From positions 128,001-192,000 of the forward strand of contig JAZDKB010000015.1 in assembly GCA_043803405.1 (NCBI GenBank): a stretch of DNA of 64,000 bases, written 5' to 3'. Positions 21,100 to 31,867 of this stretch are shown piece after piece. A program made the position numbers and the translations under genes. The notes under the pieces are model-generated. The model did no database searches. It was given only the letters and a program-made list of their open reading frames with translations, and had not been told where the DNA came from. This stretch comes from Spirochaetota bacterium (GTDB lineage: Bacteria; Spirochaetota; UBA4802; JAFGDQ01). Position 1 is the stretch's first letter; the number at the start of each line of letters is the position of its first letter.

Positions 21100-22122
21100 A
21101 TGAACAGACTGCATTATAAAACATATAAATTCGGAAACCTGGTAATTACAAAAATCAATAATGAAATTTCTTTGTCCTATAAAGGAAAGAAAAAAAATTT
21201 TTCCAGAATATTCTCGATGAATAATGTATTATTTGCAGGGAAAAAATTTATTATTCTTACACTCATCGTTTTATTTTCCGGTATTGGCTATTATTTATAT
21301 TATAATATCGATTCTAATTCTCATGACAGCATCTTTGAGGAAGATGAAAAGCATAAGAACGAGCTTTTATTATCACAGAAAACAGACTTTTCCGACCAAG
21401 GGAAAACCGAGAAATTAAAGATAAGAGAGCATACTGTAGAAGACGGTGACACATTAAGCGAACTCGCAAAAGAATACGGCGTATCAATGGATACGATCTG
21501 CGGCAGTAATAACCTTCGCTCTTACGATCTTATCCCGTCCGGCAAAAAATTAAATATCCCGAATAAAGACGGCATTCTGCACAAAGTAGCGAAAGGCCAA
21601 AGCGTAAATGATATTGCAAGGAATTATAAAGTTTCTGTCGATAAAATATTTGCTGAAAACGATAAAAAGAATTTTGATTTCGTATCAGTCGGAGAAATCA
21701 TCTTTGTGCCGGATGCAAAGCCCATGGATATTATACCCGGATTTATGTGGCCTGCTCAGAAATGGTATATTACGTGCAGATACGGCTGGAGAAGAGATCC
21801 TTTTAACGGCTACAGGCAATTTCATCAGGGACTGGATATCCGGTCAAAATATCAGCTTATCAGGGCTACTAAATACGGCAAAGTCACCTACACAGGCTGG
21901 ATGGGCAGATATGGGAATGTAATAATAATTGCTCATCAGAGTGGATGGAAATCCTTATACGGTCATTTGTCGAGGATTTTTGTAAATTCAGGGCAGTATG
22001 TTAAGCAGGGACAATGGATTGCAAGAAGCGGCAATACAGGATACTCCACAGGCCCTCATCTGCATTTTGAATTAATTAAAGACGGCATTCCGAAAAATCC
22101 TTATAATTATTTATCAAGATAA
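21100..22122 (+). CDS. Membrane-anchored LysM + M23 metallopeptidase
   Basis: One TM segment, two LysM repeats, HQGLD and STGPHLHFE. Confidence 0.92.
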   Translation: MNRLHYKTYKFGNLVITKINNEISLSYKGKKKNFSRIFSMNNVLFAGKKFIILTLIVLFSGIGYYLYYNIDSNSHDSIFEEDEKHKNELLLSQKTDFSDQGKTEKLKIREHTVEDGDTLSELAKEYGVSMDTICGSNNLRSYDLIPSGKKLNIPNKDGILHKVAKGQSVNDIARNYKVSVDKIFAENDKKNFDFVSVGEIIFVPDAKPMDIIPGFMWPAQKWYITCRYGWRRDPFNGYRQFHQGLDIRSKYQLIRATKYGKVTYTGWMGRYGNVIIIAHQSGWKSLYGHLSRIFVNSGQYVKQGQWIARSGNTGYSTGPHLHFELIKDGIPKNPYNYLSR

Positions 22123-22165
22123 CAGTCAAGATAAGAGTACAACCTTTTACAGAGAATTTTAATAT

Positions 22166-24241
22166 ATGTTAAACCATGCTAATTTTTTATGCGAAATAGG
22201 AACAGAAGAAATACCTGCAGGATACATTCCGCCAATAATTAAAGATCTGACTAACATCTTTAAACAGAAACTTGATGAAAACAGGATACGCTTCAACGAA
22301 CTCGAAGTGTATGCCACCCCAAGAAGACTGGCGATTCTTGCCTCTGAAGTGGCAGACTCGCAAAGCGAAGAAGAAATTGAAATTAAAGGGCCGTCCCTCA
22401 AGGCTGCCTATGACGAGAAAGGCCAGCCTACAAAAGCCTTGTCCGGTTTTATTAATGGAAATAAAATACAGAAAGAGAATATTTTTTCAAAAAAAACGGA
22501 TAAAGGCGAGTATGTTTTTGCCAGAAAAAAAATGGATAGCAGTAAATCTGAAGAAATTATCCCAAGTATAATTGAATTTGTCATTAAGAATATAGGCACA
22601 CCTAAGAAAATGAGATGGAGCGATAAAACGACAGCGTTCCCAAGACCGATCTCTTATTTTTTATTATTACTGAATAATAAAACTGTAAAATTTGAACTTT
22701 CGGGAATAAAGGCTTCAAATCTTACGAGAGGCCATTATATTCAAAACAACAGAATGATTGAGATTAATAGTATTAATGATTACGAGTCCTGCCTCACTCG
22801 GAACAACATTGTACTCGATCACTTAAAAAGAAAAGAACATATACACAATGAGTTATTAAAAGCCGCAAATAAGATAGGCGGACAGCTTGTCGAAGATGAA
22901 GAACTCCTCGATACAGTCACATTTTTAACTGAAAATCCGCATGTAGTTATATGTGAATTTGATAAGAAATTTTTAATTATTCCGGATATCGTACTGATAA
23001 CAGAAATGAAGGTACATCAGAAATATTTTGCAGTAACTGGCAAGGATGGCAAATTAATACAGAATTTCCTTGTAATCTCAAACAATCCGCCGACTGATCA
23101 TATTAAAAAAGGCAATGAAAGGGTAATAAGCGCCAGATTTAATGATGCAGCTTTCTTTTTTCATGAGGACAGAAAAACAAAACTTATCGACAAAATCGAT
23201 TCCCTTAAAAGCGTTCTTTTTCATAAAGAGCTTGGGACAATCTATGATAAAATCGAAAGAATGCTTTTCATTGCAGATTATATTTCCAAAATGCTGAATA
23301 TTGAACCGAAAGTTGCTGAAAAAATAAAAAGGGCTATCATGCTTTCCAAGGCCGACCTTGTCACCTCCATGGTATTCGAGTTTTCATCATTGCAGGGTAA
23401 GATGGGTAAGATTTATGCGCTTCTGGACGGAGAGGACGAGGAAACAGCAAACGCGATCGATGAACACTATAAGCCAAGATTTCAGGACGACAGGCTGCCG
23501 ACAAACCTGATTAGCGTAGCAGTTTCAATCGCTGAAAAGCTTGATAATATCTTCGGCTCATTTTCAGTAGGAAACATTCCTAAGGGTTCGGAAGATCCTT
23601 ATGCGCTCAGACGACAGGCCAATGCGGTAGTCGACACTTTAATAAAAAATAATTTAAATATAGAACTGGATAATATTCTCACTCATATTTCATCGCTATA
23701 TAAAAACGGCAAATCACACACGGTTAAAATACTGGAATTTATTGCAGCGCGGGCAAAAACTATCTTTCTGGAAACCGGATACAGATATGATGAAATTGAC
23801 GCGTGTCTTTCAATAAATTATTATAATTATTCAGAACTCTTTAAAAGAGCTGCCAGCATTCACGAATTCAGAAAAAATCCAAACTTTTCCGAAATGCTTT
23901 TAAGCTTTAAAAGAATGAATAATATTCTAACAATATTTTTTACAAAAAATCCAGATTACACACTTCGCTTTACTCCTGAAAAACTTGAAGAAGATGCTGA
24001 AAAAGCTTTATTTCAATTTTTTAATTCTAAAAAAAATGAAATAACTAACTTTATTCACCTTAATAATTACGCGAATCTTTTCAGCCTCTTAATAGATGCT
24101 AAATTAATAATTGACACGTTCTTCGACCGTGTTATGGTTATGAGCGAGCAAATTGAATTAAGAGACAATCGTCTTGCTCTTCTTGACAGCATACTTAATC
24201 CGTTTAAAAATCTGCTTGATTTTTCAAAAATATCGGATTAA
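22166..24241 (+). CDS. glyS: Glycine--tRNA ligase beta subunit
   Basis: EIGTEEIP, TPRRLA, HQKYF, GNERVISAR, GSEDPYALRR. Confidence 0.95.
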   Translation: MLNHANFLCEIGTEEIPAGYIPPIIKDLTNIFKQKLDENRIRFNELEVYATPRRLAILASEVADSQSEEEIEIKGPSLKAAYDEKGQPTKALSGFINGNKIQKENIFSKKTDKGEYVFARKKMDSSKSEEIIPSIIEFVIKNIGTPKKMRWSDKTTAFPRPISYFLLLLNNKTVKFELSGIKASNLTRGHYIQNNRMIEINSINDYESCLTRNNIVLDHLKRKEHIHNELLKAANKIGGQLVEDEELLDTVTFLTENPHVVICEFDKKFLIIPDIVLITEMKVHQKYFAVTGKDGKLIQNFLVISNNPPTDHIKKGNERVISARFNDAAFFFHEDRKTKLIDKIDSLKSVLFHKELGTIYDKIERMLFIADYISKMLNIEPKVAEKIKRAIMLSKADLVTSMVFEFSSLQGKMGKIYALLDGEDEETANAIDEHYKPRFQDDRLPTNLISVAVSIAEKLDNIFGSFSVGNIPKGSEDPYALRRQANAVVDTLIKNNLNIELDNILTHISSLYKNGKSHTVKILEFIAARAKTIFLETGYRYDEIDACLSINYYNYSELFKRAASIHEFRKNPNFSEMLLSFKRMNNILTIFFTKNPDYTLRFTPEKLEEDAEKALFQFFNSKKNEITNFIHLNNYANLFSLLIDAKLIIDTFFDRVMVMSEQIELRDNRLALLDSILNPFKNLLDFSKISD

Positions 24242-24267
24242 ACTGCTTTTCAATATTATACAAAAAA

Positions 24268-25164
24268 ATGAACAACTATCATATTTATAACCGAAAAACA
24301 ATCGAAGATGTAATCTATTCAGAAGGCATAGGAATCCACTCCGGTAAAATCACAAGACTGCGTTTTTTGCCTGCAGATCTCAATACAGGTATAATATTTA
24401 TCAATAAAAAATTCGGTATGAAATCGCCCATACAGGCTACACCGGATGCTGTTAAAGATACTAATTTTGCCATGACTTTATCAAACGAAAAATGGCAGGT
24501 CGGAACAGTTGAGCATCTTCTGTCTTTTTTTTATATTTACGGCATAACGGATATTATTGTCGAAGTTGATGGAAATGAAATACCGATCTACGACGGTTCG
24601 GTTAATCCTATTATAAATATTTTTAACGAAAAAAAATTTTATATTTATGAAGAAATAAATTACCCGATCAAAATATTAAATCCGATATGGCTATTTGATG
24701 CAAACAAATTCGTATTAGTGCTCCCGGCGGATGAAGCCGAAATATCATACACAATTCATTACGATCACCCGTTAATAAAATCGCAGTTTGCTCAATTCAG
24801 CCTGGTAAAAGACGTGTTTAATAAAGAAATAGCGCCTGCCAGAACTTACGGCTTCCTTAAAGATGTAAGTTATTTGCATAAAAATTCACTCGGATTGGGC
24901 GGTAGCCTGCAAAACACATTGCTGATCTCCGATGACTCTTTTTTAAATGAACCCAGATTTGAGAATGAATGCGTAAGACATAAAATTCTGGATTTCATCG
25001 GCGATATTTCATTAATAGGAAAACCGTTAATCGGTCATTTTATCGTTTCAAAATCAGGCCACACATTAAATCTTGCTTTTATAAAAAAAGTAAAAGAAAT
25101 CTACAGCATCCTGGATATCGGCAATAAAATAGAATTTCAATCAAAAGTGCTGAACTCTATATAA
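24268..25164 (+). CDS. lpxC: UDP-3-O-acyl-N-acetylglucosamine deacetylase
   Basis: GIGIHSG, TVEHLLS, EIPIYDGS, IAPARTYG, RHKILDFIGD, SGHTLN. Confidence 0.93.
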   Translation: MNNYHIYNRKTIEDVIYSEGIGIHSGKITRLRFLPADLNTGIIFINKKFGMKSPIQATPDAVKDTNFAMTLSNEKWQVGTVEHLLSFFYIYGITDIIVEVDGNEIPIYDGSVNPIINIFNEKKFYIYEEINYPIKILNPIWLFDANKFVLVLPADEAEISYTIHYDHPLIKSQFAQFSLVKDVFNKEIAPARTYGFLKDVSYLHKNSLGLGGSLQNTLLISDDSFLNEPRFENECVRHKILDFIGDISLIGKPLIGHFIVSKSGHTLNLAFIKKVKEIYSILDIGNKIEFQSKVLNSI

Positions 25165-25168
25165 AATA

Positions 25169-25909
25169 TTACTTACAGGATTCCGCATTTTTAATGATTA
25201 TTTCATCATAATCGGCAATAGCCGTACTTTTTGTGTCATTTGAATCGGACAATATTGCTATTAAATACGGATCATATTTCGGATCTTCTTTAAAAACTTT
25301 CCTGTAATCATTAAGGACATTCCTTTCTTCGTTCATCCATTTACCTGCATTACCTAATCCGGATTCAATAACAAAAAAATAACCCTCATAAATGACAGAT
25401 CCCAACTTAGTCTTTTCTTTACGTACTATTTTTCCTTGGGGAAGCGTTGTGCTCCATACATATTTTATGACATTTACAGGCTGATATTCCCACGAAAGAA
25501 ACGGTATGCGGCTTCTCTGGAATAAAATATAAATCGAAGCTCCGCTGTCGTTCTTCCCTCTCGCCTCTTCATTAGCATTTTCCGGCAGTGATTTCATCCG
25601 CCATTTCCATGAAAGTACCGGATAAGACTTAATATCCCATGTTATCTTTTTTGCAATCTGAACCGAGTTTCCTTTGGATACTGCATTTAAAAATTTATTT
25701 TTATTCTCCTCGGTTATTTTATAAACACTAGATGCTTCTTTTTTATTATCAGATCTTAAAAGCCATGTATTAAATATATCATCTTTATCCGAGTATTTTT
25801 CAAAATTTTCAAAAATAATAACCTTATCCTGAGCAATACAATAAATAGAATAAAAAACAGCTGCTATTATTAACGAAATAATTCTTATATATGGAGCAAA
25901 GCATTTCAT
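25169..25909 (-). CDS. DUF3047-like exported protein
   Basis: Signal peptide; YPVLSWKW, KNDSGASIY, IKYVWS, WMNEERNV, ILSDSNDT. Confidence 0.7.
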   Translation of the reverse strand: MKCFAPYIRIISLIIAAVFYSIYCIAQDKVIIFENFEKYSDKDDIFNTWLLRSDNKKEASSVYKITEENKNKFLNAVSKGNSVQIAKKITWDIKSYPVLSWKWRMKSLPENANEEARGKNDSGASIYILFQRSRIPFLSWEYQPVNVIKYVWSTTLPQGKIVRKEKTKLGSVIYEGYFFVIESGLGNAGKWMNEERNVLNDYRKVFKEDPKYDPYLIAILSDSNDTKSTAIADYDEIIIKNAESCK

Positions 25910-26055
25910 ATAATTTTCCTTTTGATTATAATTATAACTTTATTTTAAATCTTAGCAATAAGAAATTTATTTATTGCTTATACATCTGTTAAAATTTAAA
26001 ATGTCAAAATTAAATGATGAATTTATATAACGCAGACAAAGCAAGCGGAGGAAAC

Positions 26056-26721
26056 ATGAAAGTTATCGACGGCATTTATGCTTATATATGGAAAAGCGTA
26101 TTTGAAAATAATTCCAACATGTATTTTTTCGGTGAACCACTGAATATGGTATTTGATCCAGGTCTGAACAACTATATGGACCTAAGACTTATGGAAATGC
26201 AAAAAGACGGAATAAATACTGATGATATAAAATATATTGTCAATACTCACGGGCATCTGGATCATTATGAAGGCAGCGCATACTTTATGAAAAAAAATAT
26301 TCCTATTGCTATATTTAAAGATGAAATTGACTATGTAAGTAAAACAGGCCCGATGTTTTATCAGATGATGGGCATGAAAATGGTGGAAGTCAAATTCGAT
26401 ACTTCTCTTAAAGAAGGGATATGGAAAATAGGCGATACCGAACTCGAAATATTTAATACTCCCGGGCACTCGCCCGGTTCAATTTGCCTGTACTGGCCTG
26501 AGAAAAAAACTCTTGTATGCGGGGATTTGATTTTCGACAATAGCGTAGGCAGGGTAGACTTCCCGGGCGGAAGCAGCGATCAATTAAAAGACAGTATAAG
26601 AAAAATGTCCGAACTTGATATCGAGATTCTTTTACCAGGGCACATGGGCTTTATAAAAGGAAAAAATTACGTTAAAAAAAATTTTGATTTTATTATTAAT
26701 CAATATTTTCCATTAATTTAA
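26056..26721 (+). CDS. MBL-fold metallo-hydrolase (glyoxalase II-like)
   Basis: THGHLDH, TPGHSPGS, GDLIF, PGH; start moved to ATG 26056 (GGAGG SD). Confidence 0.88.
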   Translation: MKVIDGIYAYIWKSVFENNSNMYFFGEPLNMVFDPGLNNYMDLRLMEMQKDGINTDDIKYIVNTHGHLDHYEGSAYFMKKNIPIAIFKDEIDYVSKTGPMFYQMMGMKMVEVKFDTSLKEGIWKIGDTELEIFNTPGHSPGSICLYWPEKKTLVCGDLIFDNSVGRVDFPGGSSDQLKDSIRKMSELDIEILLPGHMGFIKGKNYVKKNFDFIINQYFPLI

Positions 26722-26846
26722 AACCAATTCTTTTTTATATTATTACGATGTCTCATGAGAATAATCGATAATATAGCCGTTGACTATTTAAACATTATCC
26801 CTGAATCTGTTTTTAAATTCAAACCCCGGAAAATTATAAAATATAT

Positions 26847-27812
26847 ATGATCGATGCAATCGATATTTTAAAAGATTCGCTTCTTTTTTCAAAACTTAAA
26901 CCGGCAGCACTACAGCTAATTGCGAAATACAGCAACATTGTCAAATTTAATGACAACGAAACAATTTTTACTGAAGGAAGCATCGGAGATTCGCTTTATA
27001 TTGTAAATTCCGGCGGAGTACGCATTATAAAAAAAACAGATGATAATAAAAAATATGACATTGCTAAATTCATAAAAGGCGAACTTTTCGGAGAACTTGA
27101 TCTTTTCGAAAACGTACCCAGGAATGCATCAGCCGTCGCAGAGCAGGATACAGCACTGCTTATATTCCCTAAAAAGGGAAAAAAATTTACTGATATTTTA
27201 AAAAAACATCCGGAAATTTTTGCCAATATACTTCATGAGCTGATAGCTATGACCGCTCACAGGATCAGAGAAACTAACAAGCTGGTTTCGGAAAAAACGA
27301 AGTGGATTGAGGAACTGCGTGGCCAGCTTTTATTTGATAAGCTCACCGGAATGTACAACCGTTCATATCTTACAGATGAATTTAATAAATCGTTAGCGGC
27401 ATCCAATATATGTACCGGTATTCTTTTTATAAAACCCGATAACTTCAAATATATAAACGATACATTCGGACATGCCGCAGGCGACGCAACATTACTTCAC
27501 ATTGCCGATGCTATTAAATCCGGTCTTAAAGATAACGAAATCGGTATTAGATACAGAAGCGACGAGTTTATTGTAGTATCGCCCGATACAACTATTGACA
27601 AAGCTATTATGAGAGGTAAGGCAATATTAAATGTTATAAACAACATTGATATGGAACGGATCACTAACGGTAAAAAATTTAATTTTACTACAAGCATAGG
27701 CATATCTATTTATCCCCAGCATTCAACGGACCCGGTCATGCTTGTGGAAATAGCTTTCAATAAAATGATGGAGATAAGAGCAAATGGCGGCAATAAAGTT
27801 TTAAGCGCATAA
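26847..27812 (+). CDS. cNMP-binding + degenerate GGDEF protein
   Basis: FGELDLF...PRNASA; DKLTGMYNR, FKYINDTFGHAAGD; active site reads RSDEF. Confidence 0.85.
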   Translation: MIDAIDILKDSLLFSKLKPAALQLIAKYSNIVKFNDNETIFTEGSIGDSLYIVNSGGVRIIKKTDDNKKYDIAKFIKGELFGELDLFENVPRNASAVAEQDTALLIFPKKGKKFTDILKKHPEIFANILHELIAMTAHRIRETNKLVSEKTKWIEELRGQLLFDKLTGMYNRSYLTDEFNKSLAASNICTGILFIKPDNFKYINDTFGHAAGDATLLHIADAIKSGLKDNEIGIRYRSDEFIVVSPDTTIDKAIMRGKAILNVINNIDMERITNGKKFNFTTSIGISIYPQHSTDPVMLVEIAFNKMMEIRANGGNKVLSA

Positions 27813-27860
27813 TGTTACATCTGTTAAACAATAAATATAATGGCATATTTAATGATATAA

Positions 27861-28835
27861 ATGAGCAAAAATAAAATACAATTTTTAAAAAGGGTCATCA
27901 TCTTTAATTCATTTTCAGAACAAGAACTTAAAAAAATAGAAGAGTGCCTTATCCCTGTAACAATAGAAAAAAATGAAAAATTGTTTAGTGAAGGCGATGA
28001 AGGAAATGAATTTTATATTGTTGAGAGCGGAGTTATTTCCAGTTCAATAAATTGTACTGACGGCAGTCAGAAGGAGATTGCTCTATTTAAATCCGGAGAT
28101 TGTTTTGGAGAAATGTCGATCTTTGAAAATGCGCCCAGATCCGCGTCCTGTTATTCGAAGGAAGATTCTTCTCTGTATAAATTCCGGAAAACGGACTTTT
28201 TCAAACTGCTTGAATCCGAACCCGACTTTGCAATCAGGATAATGTATAAAATACTTAACATAACTACTCAAAGGCTAAGGAACACGGGTAATTTTCTTTC
28301 GGATATGGTGCGTTGGGGTAACGATGCAAGCAAACGCGCGGTTACCGACGAGCTTACCGGCATTTACAACAGACGATATCTGGACAGCGCCCTGGAAGAT
28401 TACTTTCTGACGGCAAAAGCCGCAGGGAAACCGTTAAGCCTTATAATGATCGATCTCGATTATTTCAGGGAGATCAATAATCAATACAAACACGAAACAG
28501 GGGATAAAGCTATTATTGAAATAGTCAGGGCTTCACAAAAACATTTGCGTGAGCTTGACAGCATGGCAAGATACGGCGGTGATGAATTTACGATCATTCT
28601 ACGCGACACTGACCAGGGAGCGGCATTTGCCATTGCAGAAAAAATACGCATTGAAGTGGCTAACGTTGACCTTTTAAAAAATTCAGGCGGAAGCATGACA
28701 AACCTGTCGCTAAGCATGGGACTTGCTTCGTTCCCGAAAAATGCCGATACACTGAAGGAGTTGCGCGCTAAAGCCGACCAGGCTCTTTATAAAGCCAAGG
28801 AAAACGGCAGGAACAGGGTTTGTTGCGCGGATTAA
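27861..28835 (+). CDS. cNMP-binding + GGDEF diguanylate cyclase
   Basis: FGEMSIF...PRSAS; DELTGIYNRR, MIDLD, RELD I-site, RYGGDEF, ADQALYKAKENGRN. Confidence 0.92.
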   Translation: MSKNKIQFLKRVIIFNSFSEQELKKIEECLIPVTIEKNEKLFSEGDEGNEFYIVESGVISSSINCTDGSQKEIALFKSGDCFGEMSIFENAPRSASCYSKEDSSLYKFRKTDFFKLLESEPDFAIRIMYKILNITTQRLRNTGNFLSDMVRWGNDASKRAVTDELTGIYNRRYLDSALEDYFLTAKAAGKPLSLIMIDLDYFREINNQYKHETGDKAIIEIVRASQKHLRELDSMARYGGDEFTIILRDTDQGAAFAIAEKIRIEVANVDLLKNSGGSMTNLSLSMGLASFPKNADTLKELRAKADQALYKAKENGRNRVCCAD

Positions 28836-28912
28836 TAAAATTAATATATTTGACTTGTTGTAAAAGTGTCTTCTCCATCAGTATAAAATTACAATGTAAT
28901 TATGTTTATACC

Positions 28913-30442
28913 ATGAAAACAAATAAAAAACGAATATACCTTATCAATCCTCTTAATCCTGAAAATTTCTGGACAATGCAAAGCTCGGTTAAAGCTGTAG
29001 GCGCTAAAACACTTATGCCGAATGCTGCCCTGGCTACGTTAATCTCGCTTACTCCGAAAGACCTGGACATAGAATACATATATTGTGATGAAAATATTTC
29101 AGGAATTGACTGGGATACCGATTGCGACCTCGCAGCAGTTACAGGCTACACTCTTCATTCGAAGCGAATCGGCGAAATATGTAATGAATTCAAAAAAAGA
29201 AAAATTCCTGTAGCTCTGGGCGGAACATTCGCAACTCTCCATCGTGAAGAAGCCCAAAAACTGGCAGATTACCTGTTTATTTATGAAGGCGAATATACAT
29301 GGCCGAAATTTCTGAAGGAATGGATAAACGGGAAACCTGCGCATGTATACCTGCAGGAGAAACATATAGATATGAAAGACAGCCCTGCGCCCGACTGGTC
29401 GCATATAAAAGGTAAAGAGTATTTGTATTTTACTGTTCAGACCAGCAGAGGATGCCCCAACAACTGTGATTTCTGCGATGCCATAAAACTGGTAGGCCGT
29501 AAATACAGAACGAAATCCATTGAACAAATAATGACCGAAATCAAAAACGCTTACAATGCGGGAGCTGAGACCATCTTTTTTTCCGAAGACAACTTTTTTG
29601 TAAAGAAGTCATTTACCAAAAAGCTTCTTACGGAAATTATCAGGCTTAACACCACCCTGCCCTCTCCGTTATCCTTTAGCGCACAGGCAACCATTAAAAT
29701 AAGCAACGATGAAGAAATTCTGAAGATGCTGGCAGACGCGCGTTTCTCGGTTATCTTTTTAGGAGTTGAGAGCATTCGGAAAGAATGCCTTGATGAAATC
29801 AACAAAGGCCACATTTACCAGTTCAATCCGTCGCAGGCGGTTGCAAGGATATCGAGCTACGGGATTATTCCGTTTGTTGGTTTGATAGTCGGCTTCGATA
29901 ACGACGATGCTTCAACCTTTCCGGAACTTGAAAAATTTCTGAATGATACGGCAAGCCCTATTGCCTCCGTCAGTATACTAAACGCACCCGGGAATACAAC
30001 GCTTTATCAAAGAATGAAAAAAGTCGGCAGGATAAACGATAACTTTCAGGGCTTGTGGCATTTTTCCACAAATATTATTCCGCGTTCAATGCCTATTTCC
30101 GAACTTGTTACAAGGCATCGTACTTTGTTTAAAAATTTATATGAACCGGAAAACTTTGAATTGCGCGCTTTAAACTGGATGAAAAATATAAAATATTATA
30201 CAAATATTTATAAAGACTCAAAGACCAATTTATCTAAATTATTCAAGTTCTTTTATATTTTACGATATTATATTTTAAATGAACCCCTGCCTGTGATCCG
30301 GATGTTCTTCAGGCTTATAAAAAAATCCTGGAAAATAAATCCCAGGATGGTAAAAAAAGCTATTACTCTTTTATCCCAGTATTGCCATTATTACGACTTC
30401 GCGAACAATGCCTCATGGCAAAAGCTGAAGGATGAGGTTTAA
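28913..30442 (+). CDS. B12-binding-domain radical SAM protein
   Basis: N-terminal cobalamin-binding-type region (LGGTFAT), SRGCPNNCDFC, IVGFDND; start moved to ATG 28913. Confidence 0.85.
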   Translation: MKTNKKRIYLINPLNPENFWTMQSSVKAVGAKTLMPNAALATLISLTPKDLDIEYIYCDENISGIDWDTDCDLAAVTGYTLHSKRIGEICNEFKKRKIPVALGGTFATLHREEAQKLADYLFIYEGEYTWPKFLKEWINGKPAHVYLQEKHIDMKDSPAPDWSHIKGKEYLYFTVQTSRGCPNNCDFCDAIKLVGRKYRTKSIEQIMTEIKNAYNAGAETIFFSEDNFFVKKSFTKKLLTEIIRLNTTLPSPLSFSAQATIKISNDEEILKMLADARFSVIFLGVESIRKECLDEINKGHIYQFNPSQAVARISSYGIIPFVGLIVGFDNDDASTFPELEKFLNDTASPIASVSILNAPGNTTLYQRMKKVGRINDNFQGLWHFSTNIIPRSMPISELVTRHRTLFKNLYEPENFELRALNWMKNIKYYTNIYKDSKTNLSKLFKFFYILRYYILNEPLPVIRMFFRLIKKSWKINPRMVKKAITLLSQYCHYYDFANNASWQKLKDEV

Positions 30443-31458
30443 TGCTGCATCAGCTTTAAAATAGAGCCTGCTCTTTTTAATACTTTTTCGGATTTCATCG
30501 GTTCGTATTCAAGAAGAATTTTGCCAGCCGCCGCGACCCTGCTTTTGTAAGGCTGCTTCAGCTTCACGGTAAAATAATACCATGTAAAATATTCCACAAA
30601 ATCCTCTGCCCAGTTCTGCGCTCCGTAAAGAGAGACAAACGGTGTACGTGAAAAAGCATTATAAACTCCGGCAGCTTTTTGTGCAGGTATACTTGGCCCG
30701 TGACCAAGTCCGTAAAAAGAAATGTCCCTTCTTAAAGAAAAATCAAAATCCTTAGCCGGTTCATCGTAATTTATCCAGACCTCCTTTGTGAAATCCGTCT
30801 CGGGCAAAGAGAATCCAAGCTCGCGCATGTCTTCCTCCACATAAGGAGTATAATGTTCAACATAATCGACGAGATGCGTTGTTTCATGAAGCAGAATATA
30901 TATTAATCCAGAGTAATTTTTTCCGCAATCAATAGTTATTTTAATATCGTTTGCCTGCGTATCGGCAGTAAAACATGTATTTTCCCTGTATGTCATCCAG
31001 TCCGATATATTGTTACGCAATGTTTCGGGATTTATTATTAAAACTCCGAATATCCTGTCCTGTCCTTCCAGAACATACTCCACCATGCCGCTTCCTGTAA
31101 AGTTATTGATAAAGTATATGCCTATGAGGCGGTCTTTAAGTATGTTCTGATGTATTTGCGGCAGCAGTGCTAAATATTTCCTGATAATTGTTATCTCATG
31201 TTTAGCCGGCATGTATATGCTGTATGTTGAATTATTATCAATTTCTTTCAGATAACTCAGCAAAAAGTCAGGTGCAGCCTTTACTCTTTCTTCCAGGGGA
31301 GTTTCAGGATTAAAAGCGTAGCTTGTATAATTCTTTGCAGGAGTTCCGGATATTTTATTTCTTAGCGATATTCTCGCCTGGTTAGTAGAGCATGTAAAAA
31401 ATGTCAGTGCGGTCAGGATTAAAACAAGGCGAGTAATCAACTTTTTTTGTTTTAACAT
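30439..31458 (-). CDS. Hypothetical exported protein, possible zinc metallopeptidase
   Basis: Signal peptide with Cys (FFTC); LLHETTH (HExxH) and downstream WAEDFVE. Confidence 0.55.
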   Translation of the reverse strand: MLKQKKLITRLVLILTALTFFTCSTNQARISLRNKISGTPAKNYTSYAFNPETPLEERVKAAPDFLLSYLKEIDNNSTYSIYMPAKHEITIIRKYLALLPQIHQNILKDRLIGIYFINNFTGSGMVEYVLEGQDRIFGVLIINPETLRNNISDWMTYRENTCFTADTQANDIKITIDCGKNYSGLIYILLHETTHLVDYVEHYTPYVEEDMRELGFSLPETDFTKEVWINYDEPAKDFDFSLRRDISFYGLGHGPSIPAQKAAGVYNAFSRTPFVSLYGAQNWAEDFVEYFTWYYFTVKLKQPYKSRVAAAGKILLEYEPMKSEKVLKRAGSILKLMQH

Positions 31459-31501
31459 TTATGCTGCCTTTGGAAATTTACATGATGAGTTATCTTCATA
31501 A

Positions 31502-31867
31502 TCAAAGAACGTACTCCAGAATTTTCGAGTACACAAAATCCGCTATCTGTTTATCTATGTCCCTGCTTTCATTCCTGAAAGCGGCCGACACGTTTTCTTT
31601 TTCGAATATGCCGTCCGCGGTTAATATGGGGCTAGCTTTGTGTTTTCCCGACTGGCTTTCACCATCGTCAATTTTATCGTGCGAAAAGCCGGTTTCTTTT
31701 TTCCATGTAAGCACTCTCTGATTTTTCCGTATGTCATAACAAAGCTGGAAGCCCATTATATTGTTCTCATCGCTGATCCATACAATAAGATCGAAATAAT
31801 CGCTCCAGAACCATCTGCGTTTATGTTCTCCATCAATTTGCTGTACGTTAGCTGTTTCTTTTAACAT
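31502..31867 (-). CDS. Conserved-looking hypothetical protein
   Basis: 121-aa ORF with RRWF...DLIVW...GFQLCYD; no function recognised. Confidence 0.6.
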   Translation of the reverse strand: MLKETANVQQIDGEHKRRWFWSDYFDLIVWISDENNIMGFQLCYDIRKNQRVLTWKKETGFSHDKIDDGESQSGKHKASPILTADGIFEKENVSAAFRNESRDIDKQIADFVYSKILEYVL

